A stretch of 48,504 nt of DNA from an uncultured Myxococcales bacterium. GTDB lineage: Bacteria > Myxococcota_A > UBA9042 > UBA3505. Made by a program: the position numbers and the translations under genes. This document shows, in pieces, positions 34,269-42,908 of this stretch. The notes under the pieces are model-generated. The model ran no database searches. It was not told where the DNA came from and saw only the letters and a program-made list of their open reading frames with translations. The stretch covers positions 1 through 48,504 of the forward strand of contig CAZQPP010000003.1 in the NCBI GenBank assembly GCA_964594295.1. Direction: 5' to 3'. Each line of letters starts with the position of its first letter. The first letter of the stretch is position 1.

Positions 34269-35786
34269 TCACCGGCGGAGCGTCAGCGCGCCGGTGGGAC
34301 AGGCTGCCACGCAGGCCCGCGCGCTCCGCGTGAGCGCTTCTTTGAGGGTCGCGCCGGGCGGAGGGGCCACGCGGCGTTGGGCGCCGCGGCCCATGATCGC
34401 CAGGCCTACCGGCTCCGAGGCCTCCCGGGCGGCGTGCACGCACGCGCCGCAGCCGATGCACTTGCCCGGCTCGAACACGACCTCCGGGTGGCTGGTGTCG
34501 CGCTGCAGCGACCCGCGCGGGACCGGGTGGCGGCCCCGGCGGGCGCCGTAGCGGCTCGCGAGGGCGCGCAGCTCGCAGTCGTCCGCGGAGCCGCAGGCGC
34601 ACTCCAGGCACCTGCTGGCTTCGCGGGCGGCCTCCTCGGCGCTTCGGATCTCGCCCGCCGCGGGGCCGTGGGGCGCTCGTCGGGCCAGGCGGACGAGGTC
34701 ATCCCGGCCGACCTTCCCCGCGCGGGACGTGTGCTGCCTCGCTGAGGGCGCGGGCTCGGCGCCGGCGAGCCGCCGGCCGACCGCGCCGGCGAGGGCGCGA
34801 CCGGAGGCGCAGGCCCGGACGAGACGCTCGGTCGGCGCGACCGCGGCGCCGCCCGCGAACACCCCCTTCGCCGATGTCTCGAGCGTCGTGGTGTCGGTCC
34901 AGACGAGGCCCTCGTCCAGTCGGAGCCCTTGCTCTTGTCGCGCCGGGTCGCCGGCTCCGGTGGCGATGAGGACGGCGTCGTACGCCCGGCGCAGCTGCTC
35001 GAGGGGCAGGTCTCGCCCGACGCAGCACCCGGTCTGCGCCTCCAAGCCCAGCTCCCGGAGCGCCGTCAGGTCCGCCTCGAGGACGGCGGCCGGGAGGGCG
35101 CCCGCCGAGACCTGCTCTCGGAGAGACCCGCCGAGCTCGCCGGCGCGCTCGAAGACCGTGCACCGGTGGCCCCGCACGAGGAGGTGGAAGGCCGCGGACA
35201 GGGCTGTCGGCCCGCCGCCCACGACCGCCACGCGGCGCTCCGTCGGTTTCGCCGGCTCCGGGGTGTGGCCGGGGGCCGCTGCGGCGTATCGCTCCAGGCG
35301 CTGGATCGAGCCCGGCGCGTCGAGGCGTCCGCGGCGGCAGGCGGTCTCGCAGGGGGCGTGGCAGAGGTGGGCGAGCGTCCCTGGCAGCGCGTGGGCGGCG
35401 CGCACGAGGGCCGCGGCCTCGTCGAGGCGCCCCGCCGACAGGTGGAGCAACACGGAGGGGACGTCGAGGCGAGCGGGACAGGCGGCGCTGCAGGGCCCCG
35501 TGCAGTCCCCGAGGTGCTCGGCGAGGAGGAGCTCCACCGCCGATCGTCTCAACTCGAGGAGGCGCGCCGACTCGGTCACCACCACCATGCCCTCGCGAGC
35601 GCGGGTGGCGCAGGCGGGGACCGGCTCCCCGTCGGCCTCGACGACGCAGAGCATGCACGAAGCCGTCGCCGGTCGACCCTCGCCGTAGCACAGGGTGGGC
35701 ACCTCGACCCCCGCGGCCCGGGCGACGTCGAGGATGGAGGCGCCGCCTGCGGCGTTGACCGGGGTGCCGTTGAGGTCGAGCTTCAT
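34269..35786 (-). CDS. 2Fe-2S ferredoxin domain fused to a GltD-like NAD(P)H/FAD oxidoreductase, with C-terminal 4Fe-4S motifs
   Basis: Track ORF of 505 aa. The N-terminus is NuoG/Fdh-type (MKLDLNGTPV...LCYGEG...ASCMLCVVE...PACAT). CTGPCSAACP and CHAPCETACRRG are GltD N-terminal clusters. VAVVGGGPTALSAA is a dinucleotide fold. KGVFAGGAAV and the C-terminal CIGCGACVHAA...CVAACPTGAL are also present. Confidence 0.85.
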   Translation of the reverse strand: MKLDLNGTPVNAAGGASILDVARAAGVEVPTLCYGEGRPATASCMLCVVEADGEPVPACATRAREGMVVVTESARLLELRRSAVELLLAEHLGDCTGPCSAACPARLDVPSVLLHLSAGRLDEAAALVRAAHALPGTLAHLCHAPCETACRRGRLDAPGSIQRLERYAAAAPGHTPEPAKPTERRVAVVGGGPTALSAAFHLLVRGHRCTVFERAGELGGSLREQVSAGALPAAVLEADLTALRELGLEAQTGCCVGRDLPLEQLRRAYDAVLIATGAGDPARQEQGLRLDEGLVWTDTTTLETSAKGVFAGGAAVAPTERLVRACASGRALAGAVGRRLAGAEPAPSARQHTSRAGKVGRDDLVRLARRAPHGPAAGEIRSAEEAAREASRCLECACGSADDCELRALASRYGARRGRHPVPRGSLQRDTSHPEVVFEPGKCIGCGACVHAAREASEPVGLAIMGRGAQRRVAPPPGATLKEALTRSARACVAACPTGALTLRR

Positions 35787-38128
35787 CTGCCTTCACCTCC
35801 GTCGCGCGGAGAGACCGTGGTGACGGCGTCGAAGACACACACGTCGGCGCAGATCCCGCAGCGGCTGCACGAGGAGAGATCGACGGCGTGGCGTTCGTAG
35901 GGTCGCGCCTCGATGGCCCCGTCGGGGCATGCCGCGGCGCAACGGGTGCAGCCCGTGCAGGCGTCGCCGATGCTCACGTCGACGAGCGCCCGGCAGCGCC
36001 CGGCCGGGCAGATCCCGCGCACGTGGGCCTCGTACTCCTCGCGGAAGTGGCGAAGGGTCGTCAGCACGGGGCTGGGCGCCGAGCGCCCGAGGCCGCACTG
36101 GCTGCCCCCCTCGACCAGCGCGCTCAGGCTCTCGAGCTCCGCGAGGTGTGCAGCCGAGGCGCGCCCCTCGCACAGGTCCTCGAGCAGGTCCCGTATTCGG
36201 CGGGTGCCGACCCGGCAGTAGGTGCACTTGCCGCAGGACTCGGCCTGCGTGAACTCGAGGAAGTAGCGCGCCACGTCCACCATGCAGTCGCGCTCGTCGA
36301 GCACCACGAGACCGCCCGAGCCCATCATGGCGCCGATCTCCCCGAGGGACTCGTAGTCCAGCGGGGTGTCCAGCAGAGCGGCGGGTACGCAGCCCCCGAG
36401 GGGACCGCCGACGAGGATCGCCTTGAGCGCGTGGCCCTCGAGCACGCCGCCGCCGATGTCGAAGACCAGCTCCTTCAGCGTCGTGCCCAGCTCCACCTCG
36501 ACGAGGCCGCCGTGCACGACCTTGCCCGCCAGCGACAAGACCTTGGTCCCGGCCGCCTTCTCGGAGCCGAGGTCCGCAAAGGCGGCGGCGCCGTTGCGGA
36601 GGATCCACGGCACCATGGCGAAGGTCTCGACGTTGCTCACCAGCGTCGGGGCGCCGTCCAGGCCGTGCTCTGCGGGGTAGGGCGGGCGGACGGTCGGGAT
36701 GGGGCGGGCGCCCTCGAGGGAGGCGATGAGCGCCGTCTCTTCGCCGCAGACGAAGGCGCCGGCGCCGCGGCTCAGCGAGACTCGAAGCGGCGCCATCGCT
36801 TCCGGCCACCCGCCCTCCTCGAGCCGGTCGATGGCCTCGGCGATGCGCCGCACCGCGTGGGGGTACTCGGTTCGAACGAAGACCACCGCCTCGGAGGCGC
36901 CCACCGCGTGGGCGGCGATGGCCATGCCCTCGAGAACGCGGAAGGGGAAGGACTCGAGGAGCATGCGATCCATGAACGCACCCGGATCGCCTTCGTCCCC
37001 GTTGCAGATGACCGTCTTGGCGCCGCCCGGCGTGGATCTGACGAGCTCCCACTTGCGGCCCGCGGGGAAGCCCGCGCCGCCGCGGCCGCGGAGACCGCTG
37101 CGCGAGACCTCGTCGCAGACCTCGGCCGCCGTCATCTCCAGGGCGCGCCGCAACGCTTCGAAGCCCCCGCGCGCGACGTAGCCCTCGAGGTCGAGGGGCT
37201 CGCCCTCGCCGGGGTGCTCGGTGGCCACGTGGCGCTGCCGTTCTCGCTGCTCGGTCAGCCACGGCTCCCACGCATCGGCGAGGTATGCGTCCGGCAGCGC
37301 GCGGGTGTCCTCGGTGACGAGGCCGTCGACCACGAAGTCGAGGGCGCGCCGCACGCGCTGCGCGATGCCCCTGGGCGGGGCGTGGCGCCGGAGGATGTTT
37401 CGGGCGGCGGCGGGGTCGACGTTGGCGTAGCGCGTGACCGCGCCGCTCGGCTCCACGATCTCCACCAGCGGCGTGGCGCTGCACAGCAGCTCGCAGCTCG
37501 CGGCCTGTAGCGCGGCGGGAGCTCGCAGGTCGGCGATGCTCCGGGAGAAGCTCCCGAACACACGATCCGCGCCTCGAGCCGCGCAGCAGGAGTCCACGCA
37601 GACGCGCACCTGTACGCCTCCGCGGCCGGCGGGCGCCTGCGGGGCCGAGGGCGGGAGCAGCGCCTCGCGGGCCTGCTCGAGGAGGCGTGGCGCGTCGTCG
37701 GGCGCCACGGGACCGTAGAGGGTCTGGTCGATCTGCACGGCGGGGGCGAGGGCGCAGCAGCCGAGGCAGGCGACCTTGGAGACGGTGAACTCACCGTCGG
37801 GGTCGGTGTCGCGGCCGTCCTCAAGATCGAGGGCGCGGATGAAGGCGTCCGTGACCCTGTCTGCGCCGCGCAGGTGGCAGGCGGTGCCGTGGCAGACGCG
37901 CACGAGGTGGCGCCCGGCAGGCTCGAAGCGAAAGGCCGCGTAGAAGCTCGCCACGCCGTAGAGGTCGGCGCGCGGGCGCTCGAGGGCGTCGGCGAGCCGG
38001 GCCATGGCCTCGGGAGGGAGGTAGCCGCAGGCGCGCTGCACGTCGTGCAGCAGGTTCAGGACCTGCCTGCCGCCGCCCCCGTGGCGCTCGAGCGCGGACT
38101 CCGCCGCGGCGATGGGCGACGGGGCCAT
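35783..38128 (-). CDS. fused NuoE-like (2Fe-2S) and NuoF-like (FMN/NADH, 4Fe-4S) subunit with a C-terminal 2x[4Fe-4S] ferredoxin domain
   Basis: From chimeric track ORF 35783..39997, starting at ATG 38128 (residue 624), giving 781 aa. NuoE motifs are VCHGTACHLRG and VACLGCCALAP. NuoF motifs are GLRGRGGAGFPAGRKWE, ICNGDEGDPGAF and ESCGKCTYCRVG. The tail carries CTGCTRCAAACPDGAI and CSRCGICADVC. Confidence 0.9.
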   Translation of the reverse strand: MAPSPIAAAESALERHGGGGRQVLNLLHDVQRACGYLPPEAMARLADALERPRADLYGVASFYAAFRFEPAGRHLVRVCHGTACHLRGADRVTDAFIRALDLEDGRDTDPDGEFTVSKVACLGCCALAPAVQIDQTLYGPVAPDDAPRLLEQAREALLPPSAPQAPAGRGGVQVRVCVDSCCAARGADRVFGSFSRSIADLRAPAALQAASCELLCSATPLVEIVEPSGAVTRYANVDPAAARNILRRHAPPRGIAQRVRRALDFVVDGLVTEDTRALPDAYLADAWEPWLTEQRERQRHVATEHPGEGEPLDLEGYVARGGFEALRRALEMTAAEVCDEVSRSGLRGRGGAGFPAGRKWELVRSTPGGAKTVICNGDEGDPGAFMDRMLLESFPFRVLEGMAIAAHAVGASEAVVFVRTEYPHAVRRIAEAIDRLEEGGWPEAMAPLRVSLSRGAGAFVCGEETALIASLEGARPIPTVRPPYPAEHGLDGAPTLVSNVETFAMVPWILRNGAAAFADLGSEKAAGTKVLSLAGKVVHGGLVEVELGTTLKELVFDIGGGVLEGHALKAILVGGPLGGCVPAALLDTPLDYESLGEIGAMMGSGGLVVLDERDCMVDVARYFLEFTQAESCGKCTYCRVGTRRIRDLLEDLCEGRASAAHLAELESLSALVEGGSQCGLGRSAPSPVLTTLRHFREEYEAHVRGICPAGRCRALVDVSIGDACTGCTRCAAACPDGAIEARPYERHAVDLSSCSRCGICADVCVFDAVTTVSPRDGGEGR

Positions 38129-41100
38129 CACGGCGCTCCGATGCACAGGAGCTGGCCCTCGGTGCGCAAGAACATGCGCGCCTCGCCCCCGACGCGTGCG
38201 AAGGCCGGGCTCGCCGACATCTTCAGGCCTGCCAGGGAGGCCTCCCCGAGCACCCGCGGGTTGCCCTCGGCGGCCATGACCAGGGCGCGGCCCTTGCGGG
38301 TGAAGAGCAGCAGGCGGTCGCCGACGAGGCTCGGCGACACGTAGGTGCTCCCGCCGATGCGGTGGGTCCACAGGCGCTCGCCCGACTTCAGGTCGAAGCA
38401 GCTCAGCCTGCCGCTGCTCGAGACGGTGAAGACGAGCGCTCCGTTGCTCACCGGGCTCGCCACGTCGGGGAGGCTGCCCACCTCGCGCACCCACGCCGTG
38501 TGGCTCTCGGTCACGTCTCCGCGTCCTCCCCGGCGCAGCGCGAAGATGCCGTGTCCCTCCATGACCCCGACGACGAGCTCGCCGGCCAGCACGGGAGAGG
38601 GCGTCGCGAAGCCGCCGAGCTGCTTGGAGCGCCAGATCTCCTCTCCGGTGGCCGCGTCGTACTCGATGACCCACGGCGGGGCTGCCGTGACAAGGCGCGG
38701 GCCCTCCGGCCCGTCCGCGACGAAGGGGGTCGTCCAGGAGGCCTCCACGTCGCGTTCGCGCTTCCAGCTCAGCCGGCCTGTGGCGGCGTCGTAGGAGCGC
38801 AGGGAGGAGAGGTCCCCGCTGGGGCCTGTCTGGTCGAAGGGCACGATGAGCTGATCGCGCCAGATGATGGGCGAGCTGGCGTGGCCCCACTGGTTCTGGG
38901 GCAGGCCGAGGGCGTGCGCCCAGACCCTGCGCCCGGCGCGGTCGACGGCGTGCAGGTCTCCGTTGGCGAAGATCGCGTAGACACGCTTGCCGTCGGTCGC
39001 CGGCGTCGAGGCCGCGAAGACGTCTCGCTCGTAGACCTCCGGCGCCTCCTTGGGGCTGGTGCGGAGCTCGCCTGCCTCGTAGCGCCACAGCGTGTCGCCG
39101 GTCGCTGCGTCGAAGGCGAAGATCGCGCGGCGGTCCTTGTTCGCGCCGACGGCGTAGACGCGGCCGTCCCAGACGACGGGCGAGCCCGCGCCAGCGAGCG
39201 GCACGGGCGCGCGCCAGACCACGTTGCGGCCGGTCTCCACGTCGAAGTCGAGGGGCACCTCGGTGAGGGCTGTGCGTCCGGCGCCGCCGGGGCCGCGGAA
39301 GCGCGGCCAACGCGCCTCCGCTCCGCCGTGCTCGACGGCCGCCGGCACGGCCCGCTCGGGGGCGCGCAGCGCGCCCGCGACGGCGAAAGAGCTCGCGAGC
39401 AGGAGCCCGCCCGTCGCGGCGACGGACCAGCGACCCTGGCGTTTGCGCCGGCGTGCCGAGTCGGGCGCTTGCGGCTCGGTCGGGGCCTCCGGCGACGTGC
39501 GGAGCGAGCTGCCGATGCGCAGCGCGAGGAAGAAGATCACGAGCCCGAAGACCAGGAGCGTGCCTCCGGTCTCGCTGAGGGCGCGCCCCCGGAAGTGGGC
39601 ACTGCGCAGCTCCAGATCGAGGGCGCGCACGCGCTCCTCGAGGTCGACGGTGTCGGCGCCCGCCGGAGCGCTCGCCAGGCTCCGCTTGGCCTCCGTCAGG
39701 GCCTCCGGCGGCGCGAGGATGCTCGGCTCCTCGGCGGCCGGGCTGTTGAAGAGCAGGAGCGTCGCCACGACGAGGCAGAAGACGGCCGAGAGCGCGGCCG
39801 AGAGGTCGGCGGCGCGGCGAATGGCCTTTCGCGAGGGAGGCTCGTCGGTGCGTGTCGAGGCGGGCGCTCCAGGGAGCACCCCCGCTGCCAGGGGCCGCGC
39901 CGGAGCCGCGGCTTTCTCCTCCGGGCACCTGTCGTAGCAGCGCCCGCAGGCGACACAGTGGCCCGGGTCGGCCTCGTAGTCCTCGCGGCGCCGCCACCCC
40001 GAGAGGCTCAGGAGCTTGGCCCAGAACAGGAGGCCGAGCCAGAGGCCGCCGACCATCGCGCCGGCGCGGACGCGGGCCTCGGTCGCGTCGGCCTCGGCCG
40101 TGACCTCCGACGTGCTACGCGCCGCGCGGCGGAAGGCCTCGATCTGGTCTTCGGCGACGGCGTCCAGAGCCTCGCCCCGTTCCACGGCGGCGAGGGCGTC
40201 CCCGAGGCGGACCGCCTCGTGCGTGCGGGCCAGCGGCTCGCCGACGAGGTGGCCCGCCGCGCCCGACGCGAGCAGGACCACCGGCAGCAGCGCCAGGATG
40301 AGCCGGATCCGCTTGCGTCCGGCCGCGCGCTGCGGAGCCCGGAGGCTCTCCGTGGGCACGTCGATAGCCTCGTAGGGGCAGCTCTCCTCGCACAGGCGGC
40401 ACTGTACGCACCGATCGGTGAAGATGCCGAGCCGCCAACGCGCCAGCGGGGCGAGCATCGACAGGAGCGCGCCGTAGGGACAGAGGTAGCGGCAGTAGGG
40501 GCGGCCGACGAACATCGAGAGCAGCACGAGGCTCCCGCCGAAGACCAGCATCGGCGTGGTCCCGCTCAGGCGGAAGATGCCCACGAAGGGGTCGTACTCG
40601 CACACGACGAAGGCGGCTCCGGTCGCCGCGAGGACCACGGCGAGGGCGAGGTAGGCGTGGCGCACCATGCGGAGGCCGTCTTCCAGCCACCGGGGCACCC
40701 GCACCGGCCACACCAGCACGGCCTCCTGCAGGGCGCCGTGGGGACACACGGCGGCGCAGAACACACGCCCGAACAGGAGCACGAAGGCCAGCGGAGCGAG
40801 GAAGAAGGCCACGACAGCGAGGGGCGCCGCGTAGCCGGGGTCGAAGACGGCGAGGGCGACGTTCTGCAGCGAGCCGATGGCGCAGACGCAGCCTTCGCGC
40901 CAGAACCCGAAGTAGGCGAGGCTGAATAGGCTCAGCCACACCAGGCCTCGTCGCGAGCGCTGCCGGTGCACGAGATAGGCCGCGGCGGCGAGGGCGAGGC
41001 AGAGCACGGCGATGTCGAGGTGCTCGAGGAGCAGCGAGCGCGGCGCCGGGGTCTGGAGGATCGGCGCCACGTAGTCCGGCCCCAGGTCCGGCGGCGGGAA

Positions 41101-41190
41101 GCGCTGCTCGGCGGCCGCGCGCGCCACGGGCAGCGAGAGCAGGACCGGCGTTGCCAACCATGGCAGTGCTCCGGCGGCCGTGCGCCTCAC
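38128..41190 (-). CDS. NapH/NosR-type membrane iron-sulfur protein fused in frame to a PQQ-like beta-propeller (1020 aa)
   Basis: From chimeric track ORF 38128..41505, starting at GTG 41190 (residue 106, a GTGA overlap with the upstream stop). Two CX3CP motifs (GRVFCAAVCPHG and GRPYCRYLCPYG) lie between hydrophobic helices, and two 4Fe-4S motifs are present (CVQCRLCEESCP and CVACGRCYDRCP). Further hydrophobic segments follow, then RRRKRQGRWSVAATGGLLLASSFAVAGAL, WPRFRGPGGAGR (W codon at 39309) and a ~390-aa propeller running to the stop codon. Confidence 0.85.
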   Translation of the reverse strand: MRRTAAGALPWLATPVLLSLPVARAAAEQRFPPPDLGPDYVAPILQTPAPRSLLLEHLDIAVLCLALAAAAYLVHRQRSRRGLVWLSLFSLAYFGFWREGCVCAIGSLQNVALAVFDPGYAAPLAVVAFFLAPLAFVLLFGRVFCAAVCPHGALQEAVLVWPVRVPRWLEDGLRMVRHAYLALAVVLAATGAAFVVCEYDPFVGIFRLSGTTPMLVFGGSLVLLSMFVGRPYCRYLCPYGALLSMLAPLARWRLGIFTDRCVQCRLCEESCPYEAIDVPTESLRAPQRAAGRKRIRLILALLPVVLLASGAAGHLVGEPLARTHEAVRLGDALAAVERGEALDAVAEDQIEAFRRAARSTSEVTAEADATEARVRAGAMVGGLWLGLLFWAKLLSLSGWRRREDYEADPGHCVACGRCYDRCPEEKAAAPARPLAAGVLPGAPASTRTDEPPSRKAIRRAADLSAALSAVFCLVVATLLLFNSPAAEEPSILAPPEALTEAKRSLASAPAGADTVDLEERVRALDLELRSAHFRGRALSETGGTLLVFGLVIFFLALRIGSSLRTSPEAPTEPQAPDSARRRKRQGRWSVAATGGLLLASSFAVAGALRAPERAVPAAVEHGGAEARWPRFRGPGGAGRTALTEVPLDFDVETGRNVVWRAPVPLAGAGSPVVWDGRVYAVGANKDRRAIFAFDAATGDTLWRYEAGELRTSPKEAPEVYERDVFAASTPATDGKRVYAIFANGDLHAVDRAGRRVWAHALGLPQNQWGHASSPIIWRDQLIVPFDQTGPSGDLSSLRSYDAATGRLSWKRERDVEASWTTPFVADGPEGPRLVTAAPPWVIEYDAATGEEIWRSKQLGGFATPSPVLAGELVVGVMEGHGIFALRRGGRGDVTESHTAWVREVGSLPDVASPVSNGALVFTVSSSGRLSCFDLKSGERLWTHRIGGSTYVSPSLVGDRLLLFTRKGRALVMAAEGNPRVLGEASLAGLKMSASPAFARVGGEARMFLRTEGQLLCIGAP

Positions 41191-41744
41191 CGGTCGGTGC
41201 TCTTGAGGATGTAGGGATTGGCCGCCGGTACGCGGGAGATCGCCTCGGCCGGGCACTTCGCCCCGATCGCGCACTCGTTGCAGCGGACGCAGCGGTCGTG
41301 GCGGATCTGCAAGAAGACCGATCCGTTGCCGAAGTCCCTGCAGGCCTTTACGCAGCGCCCGCAGGCCACGCACAGGTCCTCGTCGATGCTGTACTCGTAG
41401 TAGGGCTCCCGCACGTAGCGCCGCTGCAGCGCGTCCGTCGGGCACACGAGGTTCTCCGCGCCCGAGGTGCGGGCCGCGTGCTCGAGCTCGAAGTAGGCCG
41501 TGCACAAATCACAGTAGCCGCAGATGGCGTGCACCCGCACCGCGCGAACGGCCGAGGGGTTCTGCACGCAGTTGGTGGCGCAGCGGCCGCAGGCGATGCA
41601 CTTGTCGGGGTCCAGCTGCCAGACCGTGGCGCCGGACGTGCCGATCCAGACGAAGGCTCCGGCGGAGCCCGCGACGCCGGCGAGCAGCGCCTTCCGTGCG
41701 CCCCTTCGCAGGAACTCGCGGCGCGTCAGCGCTCCGTCAGCCAT
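41187..41744 (-). CDS. Tat-exported 4Fe-4S polyferredoxin (NapG-like)
   Basis: Track ORF of 185 aa. The twin-arginine motif TRREFLRRG is followed by a hydrophobic stretch. Four Cys clusters are present (CIACGRCATNC, CGYCDLC...CP, CVACGRCVKAC and CVRCNECAIGAKCP). Confidence 0.85.
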   Translation of the reverse strand: MADGALTRREFLRRGARKALLAGVAGSAGAFVWIGTSGATVWQLDPDKCIACGRCATNCVQNPSAVRAVRVHAICGYCDLCTAYFELEHAARTSGAENLVCPTDALQRRYVREPYYEYSIDEDLCVACGRCVKACRDFGNGSVFLQIRHDRCVRCNECAIGAKCPAEAISRVPAANPYILKSTDR

Positions 41745-41949
41745 CGGTCACCACCTCTCGGAGCCCGCAGCGGGCCGCGCGCACGCAGCCCCGGCAGCCG
41801 GCGGAGCGAAGCCGCGGCGCCTCGCAGGTGAGGGCCTGGCGCGGCGCCCGCTTGTCGGCGAGGGAGAGCCAGGCGACGCCTCCGAGGGCGCCTGCTGCCG
41901 CGAGTCGGCCCAGCGTGCGCAAGGCGTGACGACGGGACACCGCTTTCAC
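41737..41949 (-). CDS. small (70 aa) protein with a twin-arginine-type signal and a C-terminal C-x10-C-x2-C-x5-C motif
   Basis: A track ORF whose start overlaps the upstream stop by 4 nt and whose stop overlaps the NapG-like start by 8 nt. The sequence is MKAVSRRHALRTLGRLAAAGALGGVAWLSLA...CEAPRLRSAGCRGCVRAARC. Its Arg/Ala-rich composition lowers confidence that it is translated. Confidence 0.55.
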   Translation of the reverse strand: MKAVSRRHALRTLGRLAAAGALGGVAWLSLADKRAPRQALTCEAPRLRSAGCRGCVRAARCGLREVVTDG

Positions 41950-42908
41950 CGCTGCACCTCCTCGAGCTCTTCGAAGGCTCGGACCTTCATGGAAACCGGG
42001 TCGAGGACGTAGACAATCCCCGCGGCGTCGGTGGCCACGTCGAGGCCCTCGGTGCCCGGCTCAAACCAGCTCGGGCCGGCCACCATGGACACCAGCTTCC
42101 CGTCGGCCGCGAGCACCTTGACGCGCGCGATGGCCTTCTCGGCCGTGACGACGCGGCCGCCGCTCAGCGGCGCGATGTTGATCGGGTTGCAGCACCCGCA
42201 GAAGCGCTCGGTCGACGTGCCGTAGGCGCCGAAGGCCCCGAGCGGAGCGCCGTCGAAGGTGTAGAGCTCGAGGCGATGGCGGCCGGGGTTGGCTACGACC
42301 AGCCGGTCGGGCAGCGCGAAGAGGTCCAGGTAGGGGCGGTAGACGACGATCCCCGGGATGCCGCGCGCGTCGTCCTTCTCGGCGATCCGGGAGAGCAGCT
42401 TTCCTTCGTTGTCGTAGCGCAGCACCGTCATGGCGCCGGCGTCACCCACGAACACGGAGTCACCGGTCACGGCGACAGACCTCGGCATCGACCTCTCGTC
42501 GCCCGAGCTCCAGCGCTGCAGGACGCTGCCGTCGTCGCCCACGGCCGCGACGTGATCGGGGGCGCACACCAGCAGACGATCGGGCGGCGCGACGGTGACG
42601 CAGTAGGGCTCGAAGGCCAGCTTGATCTCACCTGCCGGGGAGCCGTCGGAGCCGAAGACCCGGATGCTCCTGTCACCGGCGACGAGCACGACCGGCCCAC
42701 CCGAGCGCTCGTCGACCGCGACGGCGCGCGCCTCGTCGAAGCCCGTGGCGATCGCGCCGATCTCTGTGTAGCCGTGGAGCTCCGCCCCGGCGGGCGGTGC
42801 CCGCATGTCCTCGAGCCTCGGCGGCTCGTCGTCTCGGCCCAGGCTCAGCGCGAGCGCGGCCGCGAGACAGGCCAGGGCCGCCAGGACCGCCATCAAACCA
42901 CGGCTCAC
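41946..42908 (-). CDS. NHL-repeat-like six-bladed beta-propeller protein with an N-terminal membrane anchor
   Basis: From chimeric track ORF 41946..43748, starting at GTG 42908 (residue 281), which has GGGAGGGGAG upstream. The anchor is MAVLAALACLAAALALSL. Repeated segments of the type 'A.avAvd..g...VaD..n.ri..f...G' are present, along with an unusual FCGCCNP motif. Confidence 0.75.
   Translation of the reverse strand: MSRGLMAVLAALACLAAALALSLGRDDEPPRLEDMRAPPAGAELHGYTEIGAIATGFDEARAVAVDERSGGPVVLVAGDRSIRVFGSDGSPAGEIKLAFEPYCVTVAPPDRLLVCAPDHVAAVGDDGSVLQRWSSGDERSMPRSVAVTGDSVFVGDAGAMTVLRYDNEGKLLSRIAEKDDARGIPGIVVYRPYLDLFALPDRLVVANPGRHRLELYTFDGAPLGAFGAYGTSTERFCGCCNPINIAPLSGGRVVTAEKAIARVKVLAADGKLVSMVAGPSWFEPGTEGLDVATDAAGIVYVLDPVSMKVRAFEELEEVQR

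Noticed and set aside
35888-40929. Plus-strand ORFs 35888..37510 and 38362..40929, and the N-terminal parts of minus ORFs 35783..39997 and 38128..41505
   Set aside because: They are shadow frames or read-through across gene junctions. Motif-bearing frames and overlapping start/stop codons define the real genes.
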